DNA of 64,000 nucleotides from Armatimonadota bacterium (GTDB lineage Bacteria > Armatimonadota > SYMT01): the NCBI GenBank assembly GCA_041690135.1, contig JAWLHY010000003.1:576001-640000 (forward strand). The letters run 5' to 3'. Shown here in pieces: positions 29,334 to 40,222 of the stretch. Position 1 is the stretch's first letter. Each line of letters starts with the position of its first letter. Under the pieces are notes generated by a model that saw only the letters and a list, made by a program, of their open reading frames with translations, had not been told where the DNA came from and did no database searches. Made by a program: the position numbers and the translations under genes.

Positions 29334-31190
29334 CTACCGGGGCCGTTTGGCGGACTTGAGGGCGGCGATCACGTACTGGTCGATGGAGGGATACTTCACG
29401 TCCGGCGCGCCGGGATACATCACCTCGCACAGCACGCCCATTTCGCGACACCGCTCCTGCAGCTTCACCCCGAAGTTGGCGGTGTGGGTCGGGTCCTTTT
29501 CATCCTTCCCCAGGTTGGGCGGCGTGCCGAAGGTGAGGTAGACCGGCGGGTCGTCCTTCGTCACCAGCGCGTAGGGCGAGTACTCGGCGATCCAGGGCAG
29601 GATCTTCTCGCGCCCCGCCAGGAACTCGTCGAACTGCGAGATCTTCCGCGTCGGGTCGCCCTTGAAGCCGAAGGCATGGCCGCCGTAGCGGCTGTTCGGG
29701 GTCCACTCCTTCATCTGCTGCGGATCCAGCGTCGTCTGGGCGCCCGCCACGGCGGCGCACCAGAGACGCGTCGACTCCCGCGCGATCGGATCGCTGCTCT
29801 GCGGATCGGCCAGATCCGGATGGAACGCGAGCCAGAGGGAAGAGCACGCACCGGCGGAACCCCCGCTGGCGGCGATCCGCTCCTTGTCCAGGTTCCACTC
29901 CTTCGCCTTGCTCCGGACGAACTGCAGCGCGCGGGCGGCATCGTCGAGGGGCGCCTTCACCGGGGGCTGGACATCGCCCGCCTGCGAGGTAAAGCGGTAG
30001 TTGATCGAGACGACGGAGATCCCGGCATTCAGATAGGGGGTGGGGCTACCCATGCTGTGCTTGTCGCCGTTCAACCACCCGCCCCCGTGGATGAAGAAGA
30101 GCACCGGGGTGGGCTTGCCCGACTTCGCCTGGTAGAAGTCGAGCACGTTGCGCTCGTGCGGACCGTAGCGAACGTTTGCCTGGGTTGGCTTCATCGGCGG
30201 GACCGGCCAGCCTTTGAGGGTCGCAATGAGGTAGGCGGTGGTGTCCGCATGCTTCACGTCCGGGGCGCCCGGATAGACCAGCTCGCACGGGACTTCCACC
30301 TCCCGGCACTTCTCCTGAAGCCTCACGCCGTAGTTCGCGGTGTGGGTCGGGTCCCGCTGCTCCTTTCCGAGTGCGGGCGGCGCGGTGTAGGCCAGGTAGA
30401 CCGGCGGGTCATCCTTCGAGACGTGCTCGTAGGGCGAGTATTCCTTGATCCAGGGCAATACCTCCTCCCGGCGGGCCAGGAACTCCGCGAAGCGCGTGTC
30501 GCGGGACTTCAGGTCGTTGGGGTCCATGAAACCAAAGGCGTGACCGCCGTACCGGCTGTTCGGGGTCCACTCCTTGAGCTGGAGCGGGTCGAGCGAGGTC
30601 TGGGCCCCGCTCACCGCCGCGCACCAGAGACGGGTCGACTCCCGGGCCACGGGGTCCGCGCTCTTCCGGTCCGCCAGGTCCGGGTGGAAGGCCAGCCAGA
30701 GCGAAGAGCAAGCCCCCGCCGAGCCGCCGCTGGCCCCGATGCGCCGCTTGTCCAGGTTCCACTCTTTCGCCTTGCTCCGGACGAACTGCAGGGCCCGCGC
30801 CGCGTCGTGAATGGGCCACTCCACCGGCGGCTTCACCCCCGCCAGCTGCGCCTGCCAAGAATACCGGTAGTTGATGGAGACCACCGAGATCCCGGCGCTC
30901 AGATACTGCGCCACGTTGCTCACCCCACGCTTGTCGCCCGCTACCCAGCCGCCCCCGTGGATGAAGAACAGCACGGGCGTGGGCCGCCCCGACTTCGCCT
31001 GGTAGAAGTCGAGGACCTGTCGCTCGTGGGAGCCGTAGGGGACATTCTCGAACGTCGGCTTCGGCGCCGGGGAAGCGACGCCGGCGCCTGCCTGCGCGGC
31101 CTGTGCTCTGGCCGGAACGGCGCCGGTGACGGCTCCGTACAGAGTGAGGACGCCGGCGGCAGCCAGCAGGGGAAGGGCGGTGACTTTCAT
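29334..31190 (-). CDS. Secreted tandem double alpha/beta hydrolase (esterase)
   Basis: Two similar domains, each with HGGGW, GGSAG and DPTH. Confidence 0.9.
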   Translation of the reverse strand: MKVTALPLLAAAGVLTLYGAVTGAVPARAQAAQAGAGVASPAPKPTFENVPYGSHERQVLDFYQAKSGRPTPVLFFIHGGGWVAGDKRGVSNVAQYLSAGISVVSINYRYSWQAQLAGVKPPVEWPIHDAARALQFVRSKAKEWNLDKRRIGASGGSAGACSSLWLAFHPDLADRKSADPVARESTRLWCAAVSGAQTSLDPLQLKEWTPNSRYGGHAFGFMDPNDLKSRDTRFAEFLARREEVLPWIKEYSPYEHVSKDDPPVYLAYTAPPALGKEQRDPTHTANYGVRLQEKCREVEVPCELVYPGAPDVKHADTTAYLIATLKGWPVPPMKPTQANVRYGPHERNVLDFYQAKSGKPTPVLFFIHGGGWLNGDKHSMGSPTPYLNAGISVVSINYRFTSQAGDVQPPVKAPLDDAARALQFVRSKAKEWNLDKERIAASGGSAGACSSLWLAFHPDLADPQSSDPIARESTRLWCAAVAGAQTTLDPQQMKEWTPNSRYGGHAFGFKGDPTRKISQFDEFLAGREKILPWIAEYSPYALVTKDDPPVYLTFGTPPNLGKDEKDPTHTANFGVKLQERCREMGVLCEVMYPGAPDVKYPSIDQYVIAALKSAKRPR

Positions 31191-31330
31191 GACGCAGGAT
31201 CCTGGGAAGAGGCAAGACGCTCCGGAAGAGGCCGGCACGGGGCACGTAAGCGACGTGACCGCGAGAAGGTGGCCGGGCGACCTCTTCCTATTATTAGCGG
31301 TCACCCGGCCTGCAACCTCTTGTCAGCGAA

Positions 31331-33316
31331 TCACCGGCGCCACGCGGGACTTGCCGCATCCCGTACCAGCAAGCGAGGTTCCCGGCCGTCGCTCCGGACC
31401 ACCCACACGTCGGTCTTTTCGCTCTCATCCGGGGACTTCGCGCGCTCGAACGCGATCCACTGCCCATCCGGGGAAATGCTGAAGGTGCGGACGTAGTCCG
31501 GAAACCGGGTCAACTGGGCCGTACGCCGCGTGGCAAAGTCGTAGCGGAAGAGATTTGACGACTCTTCGAGGAGATCCGCGCGGTGCGACCAGAGGAAGCC
31601 GGAGCCATCCGGAAGCCAGCGAAGGTCCTGGGCCAGCTGGTATCTCACCTCATCGAAGGTGACCAGTTTCTTCCCCAACTGGGCGCTGCCCTCCCGACCC
31701 TGGTAGATGCTGGAGTCCCCCTGGTCGTTGACGGTGTAGATGAGCTGATCCGCGAGCTCCGGCGTGGGGCCCCAATCCCACACCGTGGTTCCTAACGGGG
31801 CATCTTTTTTGAAGCCCAGCAATGGCTCGAACACATGACTGCCCGCCGGCAGGTTTAACGGCCAGCTCTCCAGGGTTCCGACCCCCTGGCGATAGCTGAT
31901 CCGGGAGCCATCCCGGCGCCAGACAGGGCGGTAGGCGCCGTAATACTCGATGCCGTCCCCCGATATGCCGAAATCCGGGGCTTTGATTGTCTTCCCGGCC
32001 TGCACGTCGGTGCCCGGCATGAACCACCGGTACTTGCCATAGGTGGCGACGATCGGCTGGACTCCGGTCCCGAAGTCCGCTACGTTCGGAAACACGACGG
32101 TCCTGGCGGCGCCGACCGGCACGGTGATGCTCTGCGCCTCGGCCGCCCCGACCACGTACACGATGAACACCCCGGCACTGGCGGCGGCAGGAAGAAAGGC
32201 CGGCTGGATGTTGCGGAAGGTCACGCTGACCGTCCCCTTGGGGAAACGCTTGAAATCTTCCGGCAGCGGTGGGTTGGTGACCTTTCGCAGGCCCGTGCCG
32301 TCCGGTCGGATCGTGTACACGTCCGAGTGATAGAGGGAGGTCGCCGCCGCATGGCCGCTGGTAAACGCCAACTCCTTACCGTCGGGACGCCAGGCGAGAC
32401 CGTTGATCCCCAGCGCGGCGGTCGCCGCGGGATGCGTCCAGAGTCGCCGATCGTTGCGACCGTCCGGATCGATAACGCGGATCTCCTTTCCGCCACGGAT
32501 ATAGGCGATCTCGCCACCGGCCGGAACGCCGCCTGGCTTCGGCTGGGTGTCCGATTCCGGCCGAGCGTCCGCTTTCGACCGGACTTCCGGTTTCGGCTGG
32601 GGGTCCGGCTCACCACGCCGTGGTTCGGGTACCGGCTTCGCAGAGGGCGCAGCCGGAGGGACCGGAGCGGGCCGAGCCGGTGCAGCCGCTACCCGGTCCT
32701 CGGACGTCTTGCCGAAGGTGAGATTATCCAGGATGAGGGCGGTCTGGCCTTTTGGGATCCGCAGTTGCACCCGTCGGAGGGGCACCTCGGCCACAAAACC
32801 CGCGAAGGCGGCGTGGGGTCGGGGCCGGGAATGAACGGTCAGCGTGAGGCTCTTGCCGTCGTCGGTCTCCACAGAGATATCGATCGAGGAGACCTGGGGC
32901 TGCGCGGTCCAGAGATCGACCGCGAAGGCGGTCGTCCCCTCCGGAGGGGTGATGTCGAGGGTAGCATTCCCCGGCTGATTGGATGGCGACCAGCGGAGTG
33001 CAGCCCCCGTCCCGGTACGGTAGAGCGGCTGGTTCTCCACATAGCCACCGTCCGTCACGGTGACGACTCCGGGCCCGAACCGGCCCCCACCCGAGGTACG
33101 GATCCGCACGCTCCGTGTGGCTAACCCCTCCGGATTGCGAAACAGGGCAAATCCGTTCCGGCGGGCAAGCCCTTCGAAATCGATCGTCGTCAGTCCGGGA
33201 GAAGCCGCGACAAAGGCTTCGCGATCGGGAAACTGGCGAAGGCCGTCTGGCTGTCCGGCACCCGAGGCCAGAACCGGGACCGTCAGCGCGAGCAGAAGTA
33301 ACGTCCTGAGGAGCAT
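31331..33316 (-). CDS. Secreted multidomain protein with TolB/PD40-like beta-propeller repeats
   Basis: Signal peptide, Pro-rich linker, WRPDGKELAF, SPDGQWIAF, SPAW. Confidence 0.75.
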   Translation of the reverse strand: MLLRTLLLLALTVPVLASGAGQPDGLRQFPDREAFVAASPGLTTIDFEGLARRNGFALFRNPEGLATRSVRIRTSGGGRFGPGVVTVTDGGYVENQPLYRTGTGAALRWSPSNQPGNATLDITPPEGTTAFAVDLWTAQPQVSSIDISVETDDGKSLTLTVHSRPRPHAAFAGFVAEVPLRRVQLRIPKGQTALILDNLTFGKTSEDRVAAAPARPAPVPPAAPSAKPVPEPRRGEPDPQPKPEVRSKADARPESDTQPKPGGVPAGGEIAYIRGGKEIRVIDPDGRNDRRLWTHPAATAALGINGLAWRPDGKELAFTSGHAAATSLYHSDVYTIRPDGTGLRKVTNPPLPEDFKRFPKGTVSVTFRNIQPAFLPAAASAGVFIVYVVGAAEAQSITVPVGAARTVVFPNVADFGTGVQPIVATYGKYRWFMPGTDVQAGKTIKAPDFGISGDGIEYYGAYRPVWRRDGSRISYRQGVGTLESWPLNLPAGSHVFEPLLGFKKDAPLGTTVWDWGPTPELADQLIYTVNDQGDSSIYQGREGSAQLGKKLVTFDEVRYQLAQDLRWLPDGSGFLWSHRADLLEESSNLFRYDFATRRTAQLTRFPDYVRTFSISPDGQWIAFERAKSPDESEKTDVWVVRSDGREPRLLVRDAASPAWRR

Positions 33317-33636
33317 CCGGGTCCTTCCTTTCTGGCCCTATCGGGCAACGAAAGGGAACCCCATCGCGGGGTCCCGCGTGGCTCTGCCACGATGATGCTA
33401 TCCGAAGTCGCGGCACCACTGCATGACGGTTGGATTAATAACCGGAGGCGTGAATGCGCTGGACCGTGCCCCTGAAGTGACCAAACATAGCTCTGAAGGG
33501 CAACGGTCGCTCCGTAGTTAACTAGGCTGGTAGTTCTGCCTCCGCATCCACTTCGGTCCGTTATTCAGCCTTCGAAACCAGCGCCTCACTCCCTGCGGGG
33601 GTGCCGGTTCATGGACCCATCTCGAATTAACCCATC

Positions 33637-35646
33637 ATGTTTCGTACCAGCCTGGCCGTGTTACTCCTGGCCGCCACCACGGCGGGCGCCAATGCGCAGG
33701 AGTCCGCGAAGCCGCCTACCCAGGCGGAGGATCTCGGTAGCGCGAGCCTGGAGGACCTTCTTGGTACGGAAGTGACCTCCGTCTCGAAGCGGGAAGAACG
33801 ACTGGCCAACGCGGCGGCGGCCATCTATGTGATCACGCAGGAAGATATCCGTCGTTCCGGCGCGACGACGATCGCCGAAGCTCTCCGGATGGCACCGGGC
33901 CTGAACGTGGCTCGGATCAACGGGCATGACTGGGCGATCTCGTCCCGGGGCTTCAACAGCTTTTTCGCGAACAAACTCCTGGTCCTGATCGATGGCCGGA
34001 GCGTCTACACCCCACTCTTCTCGGGCGTTTTTTGGGACGTTCAGGACACGCTCCTGGAAGACATCTACCGCATCGAAGTAATCCGGGGACCGGGCGCGGC
34101 ACTCTGGGGAGCCAACGCGGTGAACGGGGTGATCAATATCATCACTCACAACGCGAAAGCGACCCAGGGCCTTCTCGCGACAGCCGCCACCGGTACGGAC
34201 GAGCGGTTTCTCGGTGGAGTCCGCTACGGCGATACGGTCGGGAAAACCGCGTACCGGGCCTTCGCCAAGTATTTCGACCGGGACGATCTTTTCGCCCCCG
34301 GGGGCGGAAGCGGCGGGGACGGCTACCGGATAGCGCGGGGCGGCTTCCGCTCGGATACCGACCTCCGCATCGACGAGACCCTCACGGTCACCGGCGAGTT
34401 CTACGACGGCTCCACGACCACCCGGCTGGGAGTGCCGACACCTGCAGCCCCCTTCACCCGTCTGACAGAGGACGATTACCCCCTCTCCGGTGGCCATCTC
34501 CTGGCCCGCTGGAACCGCCGCTCCTCGGCCACGTCGCAGTCGTCGGTGCGCGCCTACTTTGACCGTACCGAGCGAGAGAGCCCGGTTCACCGGGAGGCCC
34601 GGAATACGGTAGACGTGGAGTTCCAGCGGCAGCAAGTGCCCGCTTCCCGGCACGACCTGGTCTGGGGTCTCGGCTACCGGTTCACGCAGGACCGCCTGCA
34701 GAACTCTCCCACCATCCGCTGGGTAGACCGCAGCCGCGGAGACCACCTCTTCAGCGCCTTTGCACAGGACGACATCACGCTCCAGCCGGAGCGCCTGCGT
34801 TTGACGCTGGGAACGCGACTGGAGCACAACGACTACACGGGCTTCGAGATTCAGCCAAACGTTCGGTTCCTCTGGACCCCCACCGAGACCCAGAGTGTCT
34901 GGGGGGCGGCTTCCCGCGCCGTACGCACGCCGTCGCGGTTCGAACATACGGTCCGAGCCGTGTACAGCGCCTTCCCGTTGCCCGGTCCCCCCGGCGTCGG
35001 AGAAGCCCTGGTGGTCGGCACTCCCGACTACGGTTCGGAAGAGTTGATTGCGTACGAGCTGGGGTACCGGACGCAGTTGACGCCGCGGTTCTCCCTCGAT
35101 CTCGCTTCCTTCTACAACGACTACGACGATCTCCGGACCCTGGAACCCGGAAAGCCCTTCTTCGAACCCGGCCCGCCCCCCCGCGCCGTAACTCCCCTGA
35201 TCGCCCGTAATCGCCTTTCCGGACGGACCTACGGGGCGGAGCTTGCGGCTAACTGGAGCGTAACCGACCGGTGGCGGCTCAGCTTTTCCTACTCCGCGCT
35301 ACGGGTGGGTCTCCGACCGGACGCAAACAGCCGGGATCCCCTCGCCCGGGTGCCCGAAGGGGACACGCCGGAACACCAGCTCCACCTGCGCTCCTACCTG
35401 GATCTTTCCTCCAGGCTCAGCTTTGACGTACTCCTCTACCATGTCTCGCGCCTGGAAACCGGCAATATCCCGGCCTATACTCGCGCCGATGCGAGAATCG
35501 GCTGGCGGCCATCCCGGAACATGGAGGTCAGCCTCACCTTCCAGAACCTCTTCGACCGCCGGCATCAGGAGTTTCCCACCACGTTCCTGGTCACGCCGAG
35601 CGAAATTGGCCGGAGCGTGTACGGAAAGCTGACATGGCGCCGCTGA
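33637..35646 (+). CDS. TonB-dependent receptor
   Basis: Plug domain (VITQEDIRRSG, LVLIDGR, RIEVIRGPGAALWGANAVNGVINII), NLFD, terminal GRSVYGKLTW. Confidence 0.93.
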   Translation: MFRTSLAVLLLAATTAGANAQESAKPPTQAEDLGSASLEDLLGTEVTSVSKREERLANAAAAIYVITQEDIRRSGATTIAEALRMAPGLNVARINGHDWAISSRGFNSFFANKLLVLIDGRSVYTPLFSGVFWDVQDTLLEDIYRIEVIRGPGAALWGANAVNGVINIITHNAKATQGLLATAATGTDERFLGGVRYGDTVGKTAYRAFAKYFDRDDLFAPGGGSGGDGYRIARGGFRSDTDLRIDETLTVTGEFYDGSTTTRLGVPTPAAPFTRLTEDDYPLSGGHLLARWNRRSSATSQSSVRAYFDRTERESPVHREARNTVDVEFQRQQVPASRHDLVWGLGYRFTQDRLQNSPTIRWVDRSRGDHLFSAFAQDDITLQPERLRLTLGTRLEHNDYTGFEIQPNVRFLWTPTETQSVWGAASRAVRTPSRFEHTVRAVYSAFPLPGPPGVGEALVVGTPDYGSEELIAYELGYRTQLTPRFSLDLASFYNDYDDLRTLEPGKPFFEPGPPPRAVTPLIARNRLSGRTYGAELAANWSVTDRWRLSFSYSALRVGLRPDANSRDPLARVPEGDTPEHQLHLRSYLDLSSRLSFDVLLYHVSRLETGNIPAYTRADARIGWRPSRNMEVSLTFQNLFDRRHQEFPTTFLVTPSEIGRSVYGKLTWRR

Positions 35647-36245
35647 ACTCCGGTTTCCGGAGCCGTCCGCAACGCTTCTCATCCGGATCGCTCTCCCGCA
35701 GGCGGCTGCTTGCCGCCTGCACAGCGAGCGTTCTCTTCGTGGGCGGGATTGCAGCCCACCCCCCACAGGCGCGGGCGGATGCACCGACCGAATATCAGAT
35801 CAAGGCGGCTTTCCTGTTCAACTTCGCGAAGTTCGTGGAATGGCCGGAACGCGCCTTTGCCCGCGCCGACAGTCCGATCGTCATCGGCGTGCTGGGCGAC
35901 GATCCCTTCGGTGCCGATCTGGACCGGCTGGTCCGGGGGAAGCGGATTGAGAATCGTGAACTGGTGATCCGCCGGTACCAGGATGTAGACCGGGCCGCCG
36001 GCGCTCATATCTTGTTCATCAGCGCTTCGGAGCAGCGGCGACTGCCCGCTATTCTGGCCGACCTGCGATCCTCTCCGGTGCTCACCGTGGGTGAGGTGCC
36101 CCAGTTCAACCGCCTGGGCGGCATCATCCAGTTCGCCATGGAGAACCGGAAGGTTCTGTTCGATATCAACCCGGGGGCCGCGGAACGAGCGCGATTGCGG
36201 CTCCGCGCGCAGCTACTTCGTCTTGCCCGGAAATCCGAGTCCTGA
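35634..36245 (+). CDS. YfiR family (DUF4154) periplasmic protein
   Basis: EYQIKAAFLFNFAKFVEWP, FDIN...A...LLRLA. Confidence 0.9.
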   Translation: MAPLNSGFRSRPQRFSSGSLSRRRLLAACTASVLFVGGIAAHPPQARADAPTEYQIKAAFLFNFAKFVEWPERAFARADSPIVIGVLGDDPFGADLDRLVRGKRIENRELVIRRYQDVDRAAGAHILFISASEQRRLPAILADLRSSPVLTVGEVPQFNRLGGIIQFAMENRKVLFDINPGAAERARLRLRAQLLRLARKSES

Positions 36246-36248
36246 TCC

Positions 36249-37820
36249 ATGCTCGTAAGGCACCGGTTCATCAACCTATCCATCCGCTGGAAACTGAGCC
36301 TGATCACCACATTGGTCAGCGTGGTGTCGCTGTTTCTCGCGTGCGGCGCGTTTCTCGCCTACGAGATGTTGATGTTCCGCCACACCACGACGGAGAAAGC
36401 GTCCGCGCTGGCTCGCGTCGTCGCAGCGAACTGCCGGGCAGCCCTGACGTTCGACGATCCCCAGGACGCAGCGGACACCCTGGAGTCACTGTCGGCGGAG
36501 CGTCACATCATTTGCGCCGCGCTTTACAGTCAGGACCGTCAGGTATTTGCCACCTATTGCCGCCCGGACCGGGCGAGCGAGGCAGAAGCTCTCATCCCAC
36601 CCGCTCCGGAGCCGGAAGGGATGCTGTTCCGCGGGGCCCACGGGGAGCTTTTCCAGCGCGTGAGCTTTCATGGAGAGGAGTTAGGGACCGTCTACATCCG
36701 CTCGGACCTGGAGGAAATGCACTCCCGGCTACGCCGCTATCTCGGCATCACAGTGCTCGTTCTGCTCGCGTCCGCGGCGGTGGCGCTGGTCCTTTCCACC
36801 CGGCTTCAGCAGGTCATCTCCAAGCCGCTCCTGCAGCTTTCGGACACCGCTCGCCTGGTCTCGGAACAGAAGGACTATTCGGTGCGCGTGGCGCCCTACA
36901 GCCGGGATGAGATCGGCGTGCTGATCGAGGGCTTCAATGAGATGCTGGCGCAAATCCAGGAGCGGGACGCGGCGCTTCTGGAATCTCAGGAGGAACTAGA
37001 GCACCGCGTGGAGCTCCGGACGCAGGAACTACAACAGGAGATCGCCGAGCGGAAACGGGCGCAAGATGAAGTGCACCAGCTCAATGCCCAGTTGGAAGAG
37101 CGCGTGGCGCAGCGGACCGCGGAGCTCGAGGCAGCGAACAAGGAACTCGAAGCGTTCAGCTACTCTATCTCCCATGACCTGAATGCTCCTCTCCGGGCGA
37201 TGGACGGCTATTCCCGCATCATCCTCGAGGAATATGCCGGCGAGATTCCCGAGGAAGGACGGCGCTACCTGGAACTGGTTCGCGCGAACGCCAACCAGAT
37301 GGGAGAGCTGATCCACGATCTCCTGGCTTTCTCACGTCTCAGCCGGCAGCCGCTCCAGAAAGAGGCCGTCGCTCCACGGGTGATCGTGGAAGAGGTGCTC
37401 GCGGAACTGGAGCTCCAGCGGGGGGACCGGAAACTGGTGGTGCAGGTCGGCGAGCTGCCTACCTGCCGGGCCTCTTCAGCGCTCTTGCGCCAGGTGTACG
37501 CGAACCTCCTCGGTAATGCGTTCAAGTACACCCGCGCTCGGGAGGAAGCCGTGATCGAGATCGGCAGCCAGGAGGAAGACGGATCGACGGTCTACTACGT
37601 GAAAGATAACGGGGTGGGGTTCGATATGCGGTACGCGCACAAGTTGTTCGGGGTATTCCAGCGGCTGCACCGCGCGGAGGAATACGAGGGTACGGGGGTA
37701 GGCCTGGCGATCGTCCAGCGAATCGTGCACCGGCATGGCGGCCGGATCTGGGCGGAAGCAGAGCGAAACCGGGGTGCCGCGTTCTACTTTACGCTGGAAG
37801 GGAGCAAGAACCATGTTTGA
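36249..37820 (+). CDS. Membrane sensor histidine kinase (periplasmic domain, HAMP, HisKA, HATPase)
   Basis: FSYSISHDL, NLLGNAFKY, DNGVGF, GTGVGL. Confidence 0.93.
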   Translation: MLVRHRFINLSIRWKLSLITTLVSVVSLFLACGAFLAYEMLMFRHTTTEKASALARVVAANCRAALTFDDPQDAADTLESLSAERHIICAALYSQDRQVFATYCRPDRASEAEALIPPAPEPEGMLFRGAHGELFQRVSFHGEELGTVYIRSDLEEMHSRLRRYLGITVLVLLASAAVALVLSTRLQQVISKPLLQLSDTARLVSEQKDYSVRVAPYSRDEIGVLIEGFNEMLAQIQERDAALLESQEELEHRVELRTQELQQEIAERKRAQDEVHQLNAQLEERVAQRTAELEAANKELEAFSYSISHDLNAPLRAMDGYSRIILEEYAGEIPEEGRRYLELVRANANQMGELIHDLLAFSRLSRQPLQKEAVAPRVIVEEVLAELELQRGDRKLVVQVGELPTCRASSALLRQVYANLLGNAFKYTRAREEAVIEIGSQEEDGSTVYYVKDNGVGFDMRYAHKLFGVFQRLHRAEEYEGTGVGLAIVQRIVHRHGGRIWAEAERNRGAAFYFTLEGSKNHV

Positions 37821-38256
37821 CGGTCCGGCGGAGGTCCTCCTGGTAGAGGACAATCCTCACGATCTGGAGCTGACGCTGCACGCCTGGAGAAAAGTGGGAA
37901 GCTCAGCCAGAATCCATGTCGCCCGCGACGGCGCGGAAGCACTCGACTTTCTGTTCGGTGGCGGCGAATCCACCACGACAGGGGGTGATCCCAACCCCCG
38001 GGTGGTTCTTCTGGATCTCAAGCTGCCTCTCATATCCGGATTGGAGGTCCTGCGGACGATCAAGAGCGACGCCCGCACCCGCTCGATTCCGGTTGTGGTG
38101 CTCACTTCCTCGAAAGAGGAGTGCGACATCAGCGAGTGTTACGACCTGGGCGTGAACAGCTACATCGTGAAGCCGGTCCGCTCCGAACAGTTCACGAACG
38201 CCGTCCGCGAGCTGGCTTCCTATTGGCTTGCGCTCAACCAGCCTCCCCAGGCCTGA
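37813..38256 (+). CDS. Single-domain response regulator (Rcp-like)
   Basis: LLVEDN, LLDLKLP, LTSS, NSYIVKP. Confidence 0.92.
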   Translation: MFDGPAEVLLVEDNPHDLELTLHAWRKVGSSARIHVARDGAEALDFLFGGGESTTTGGDPNPRVVLLDLKLPLISGLEVLRTIKSDARTRSIPVVVLTSSKEECDISECYDLGVNSYIVKPVRSEQFTNAVRELASYWLALNQPPQA

Positions 38257-38269
38257 CCTCCGGACGACC

Positions 38270-40222
38270 ATGCCTGTTCCTTTACACGTACTCTTCGTCG
38301 AGGACCGCCCCTCGGACGTCGACCTGCTGCTGTTCGAGCTGCGTCGCTCCGGCTACGAGGTTACGTGGCAGCGCGTGGATGAAGAGCCGGATTACCGCGA
38401 GCAGTTGAGGCCGGACCTCGATGTGATCCTGACCGATTACAACCTGCCGCAGTTCGACGCCACGACCGCTCTCCAGATTCTCCACGAGACGGGATTGGAT
38501 ATCCCCTTCATCGTTGTGAGCGCCTCCATCCCCGAGGAGTTCGCGGTGGAAATGATGAAGCAAGGCGCGGCGGACTACCTGCTCAAAGACCGCCTCGGCC
38601 GGTTGGGAGCGGCCATCGACAGCGCGCTGCAGAAGCACCAGGTTCGGGAGGCACGCCGGAAGGCCGAGGAGGCTTTGCGAGAGTCGGAAGCTCGTCATCG
38701 GGCCATTTCAGAGCTTTCTTCGGACTACGCCTATTCTCTCTACATTTCTCCCGACGGCAGTGTGGTCAGCGAGTGGATAACCGATGCCTTCATGCGCATC
38801 ACGGGCTTCACCCTGGACGAGGTTTCAGCTCGCGGAGGGTGGATGAGCCTGGTTCATCCCGCGGACCGCGAACGGCTCGAGTCCCGCTGGCAGGACCTTC
38901 TCGCCGGGTGCTCCACCACAGCGGAGCTGCGGGTCGCCACCCGATCCGGCGGGTTTCGTACTATCCGCGATCGGGCACGCCCGGTCTACGACCCCGCGAC
39001 CGGGCGCGTGCATCGGATCTACGGTGCGGCGGAGGACATCACCCAGCAGCGGCTGCTGGAGGAGCAGCTGCGTCACTCTCAGAAGATGGAAGCGATCGGC
39101 CGGCTGGCCGGGGGAGTCGCCCACGACTTCAACAACACGCTCTCCGTCATTCGGGGCTATACGGAGTTTGCCCTGGAAGATCTGCCTCCGGACACTCCCC
39201 TCCGCGAAGATCTGGAAGAGATTCGTAAAGCCGCCGACCGCGCGAGCAGCCTTACCCGCCAACTGCTCGCCTTCAGTCGCAAGCAAGTACTCGCCCCGCA
39301 TGATGTTTCGATCCGTGAGTTGATCCAGGGAGTCGAAAGGATGACCCGCCGCGTGATCGGCGAGGACATCGAGCTGGAGACCCGGTTCTCGCCGGGCCTG
39401 GACACGGTCTTCATCGACTCGGGACAGATGGAGCAGGTGCTGCTGAACCTCGTGGTGAACGCACGAGACGCAATGCCCGGAGGAGGGCGCCTGACCATTT
39501 CCACCGGGAGTGTCGAGCCCGACGAGTTGTTCATTGCCCGCCACCCCGAGGCGCGTCCGGAGCCTTATGTGGTCGTTGAGGTAAGCGATACCGGCTGCGG
39601 AATGACCCGTGAAGTGCTGCAGCGGGTTTTCGAACCTTTCTTCACCACGAAAGAGGCCGGCAAGGGCACCGGTCTCGGCCTGGCTACTGTCTACGGTACC
39701 ATCCAGCAGAGCGGCGGCTTTATCACGGTCTACAGCGAACCGAACTTGGGAACGACGTTCAAGCTCTATCTCCCCTGCATCACCTCCCGACCGCCGGAAA
39801 CCGGCTCCGCTACCGGCACCAGCGGCGCCGGCCATGCGTCGGAGACGGTCCTTCTGGTGGAAGACGAGGCGGAAGTCCGTAAACTCACGTTCCGTTTGCT
39901 CTCCCGGTATGGCTACCGTATTCTCGAAGCTGCGTCGGCGGAGGAGGCCCTGGCCCTGGCGCGACACCACCGGAACCCGATCCACTTGCTGTTGACCGAC
40001 CTGGTGCTGCCCGGAATGCCCAGTCGCGAGTTGATTGAGGAGCTCCGGCGCATGCATCCCGAGGCCCGGTTGCTCCTGACCTCGGGTTATCCGGATGAGG
40101 TGCTGGTCGGTCGCGGGCTGATTCAGCCGGGCGAGATGCTGCTCCAGAAGCCCTTCACCGCGCAGGACCTTGCCCGCAAGGTACGCGGGGCCCTGGACCG
40201 GATTCCGGACCCACTTCGCTAG
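38270..40222 (+). CDS. Hybrid histidine kinase (REC-PAS-HisKA-HATPase-REC)
   Basis: QKMEAIGRLAGGVAHDFNN, FEPFFTTK, GTGLGL, two receiver domains. Confidence 0.93.
   Translation: MPVPLHVLFVEDRPSDVDLLLFELRRSGYEVTWQRVDEEPDYREQLRPDLDVILTDYNLPQFDATTALQILHETGLDIPFIVVSASIPEEFAVEMMKQGAADYLLKDRLGRLGAAIDSALQKHQVREARRKAEEALRESEARHRAISELSSDYAYSLYISPDGSVVSEWITDAFMRITGFTLDEVSARGGWMSLVHPADRERLESRWQDLLAGCSTTAELRVATRSGGFRTIRDRARPVYDPATGRVHRIYGAAEDITQQRLLEEQLRHSQKMEAIGRLAGGVAHDFNNTLSVIRGYTEFALEDLPPDTPLREDLEEIRKAADRASSLTRQLLAFSRKQVLAPHDVSIRELIQGVERMTRRVIGEDIELETRFSPGLDTVFIDSGQMEQVLLNLVVNARDAMPGGGRLTISTGSVEPDELFIARHPEARPEPYVVVEVSDTGCGMTREVLQRVFEPFFTTKEAGKGTGLGLATVYGTIQQSGGFITVYSEPNLGTTFKLYLPCITSRPPETGSATGTSGAGHASETVLLVEDEAEVRKLTFRLLSRYGYRILEAASAEEALALARHHRNPIHLLLTDLVLPGMPSRELIEELRRMHPEARLLLTSGYPDEVLVGRGLIQPGEMLLQKPFTAQDLARKVRGALDRIPDPLR

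Noticed and set aside
33317-33636. Cobalamin or c-di-GMP riboswitch upstream of the TonB receptor
   Set aside because: One stem is visible (GACCGTGCCC/GGGCAACGGTC) but no B12-box or GEMM consensus.
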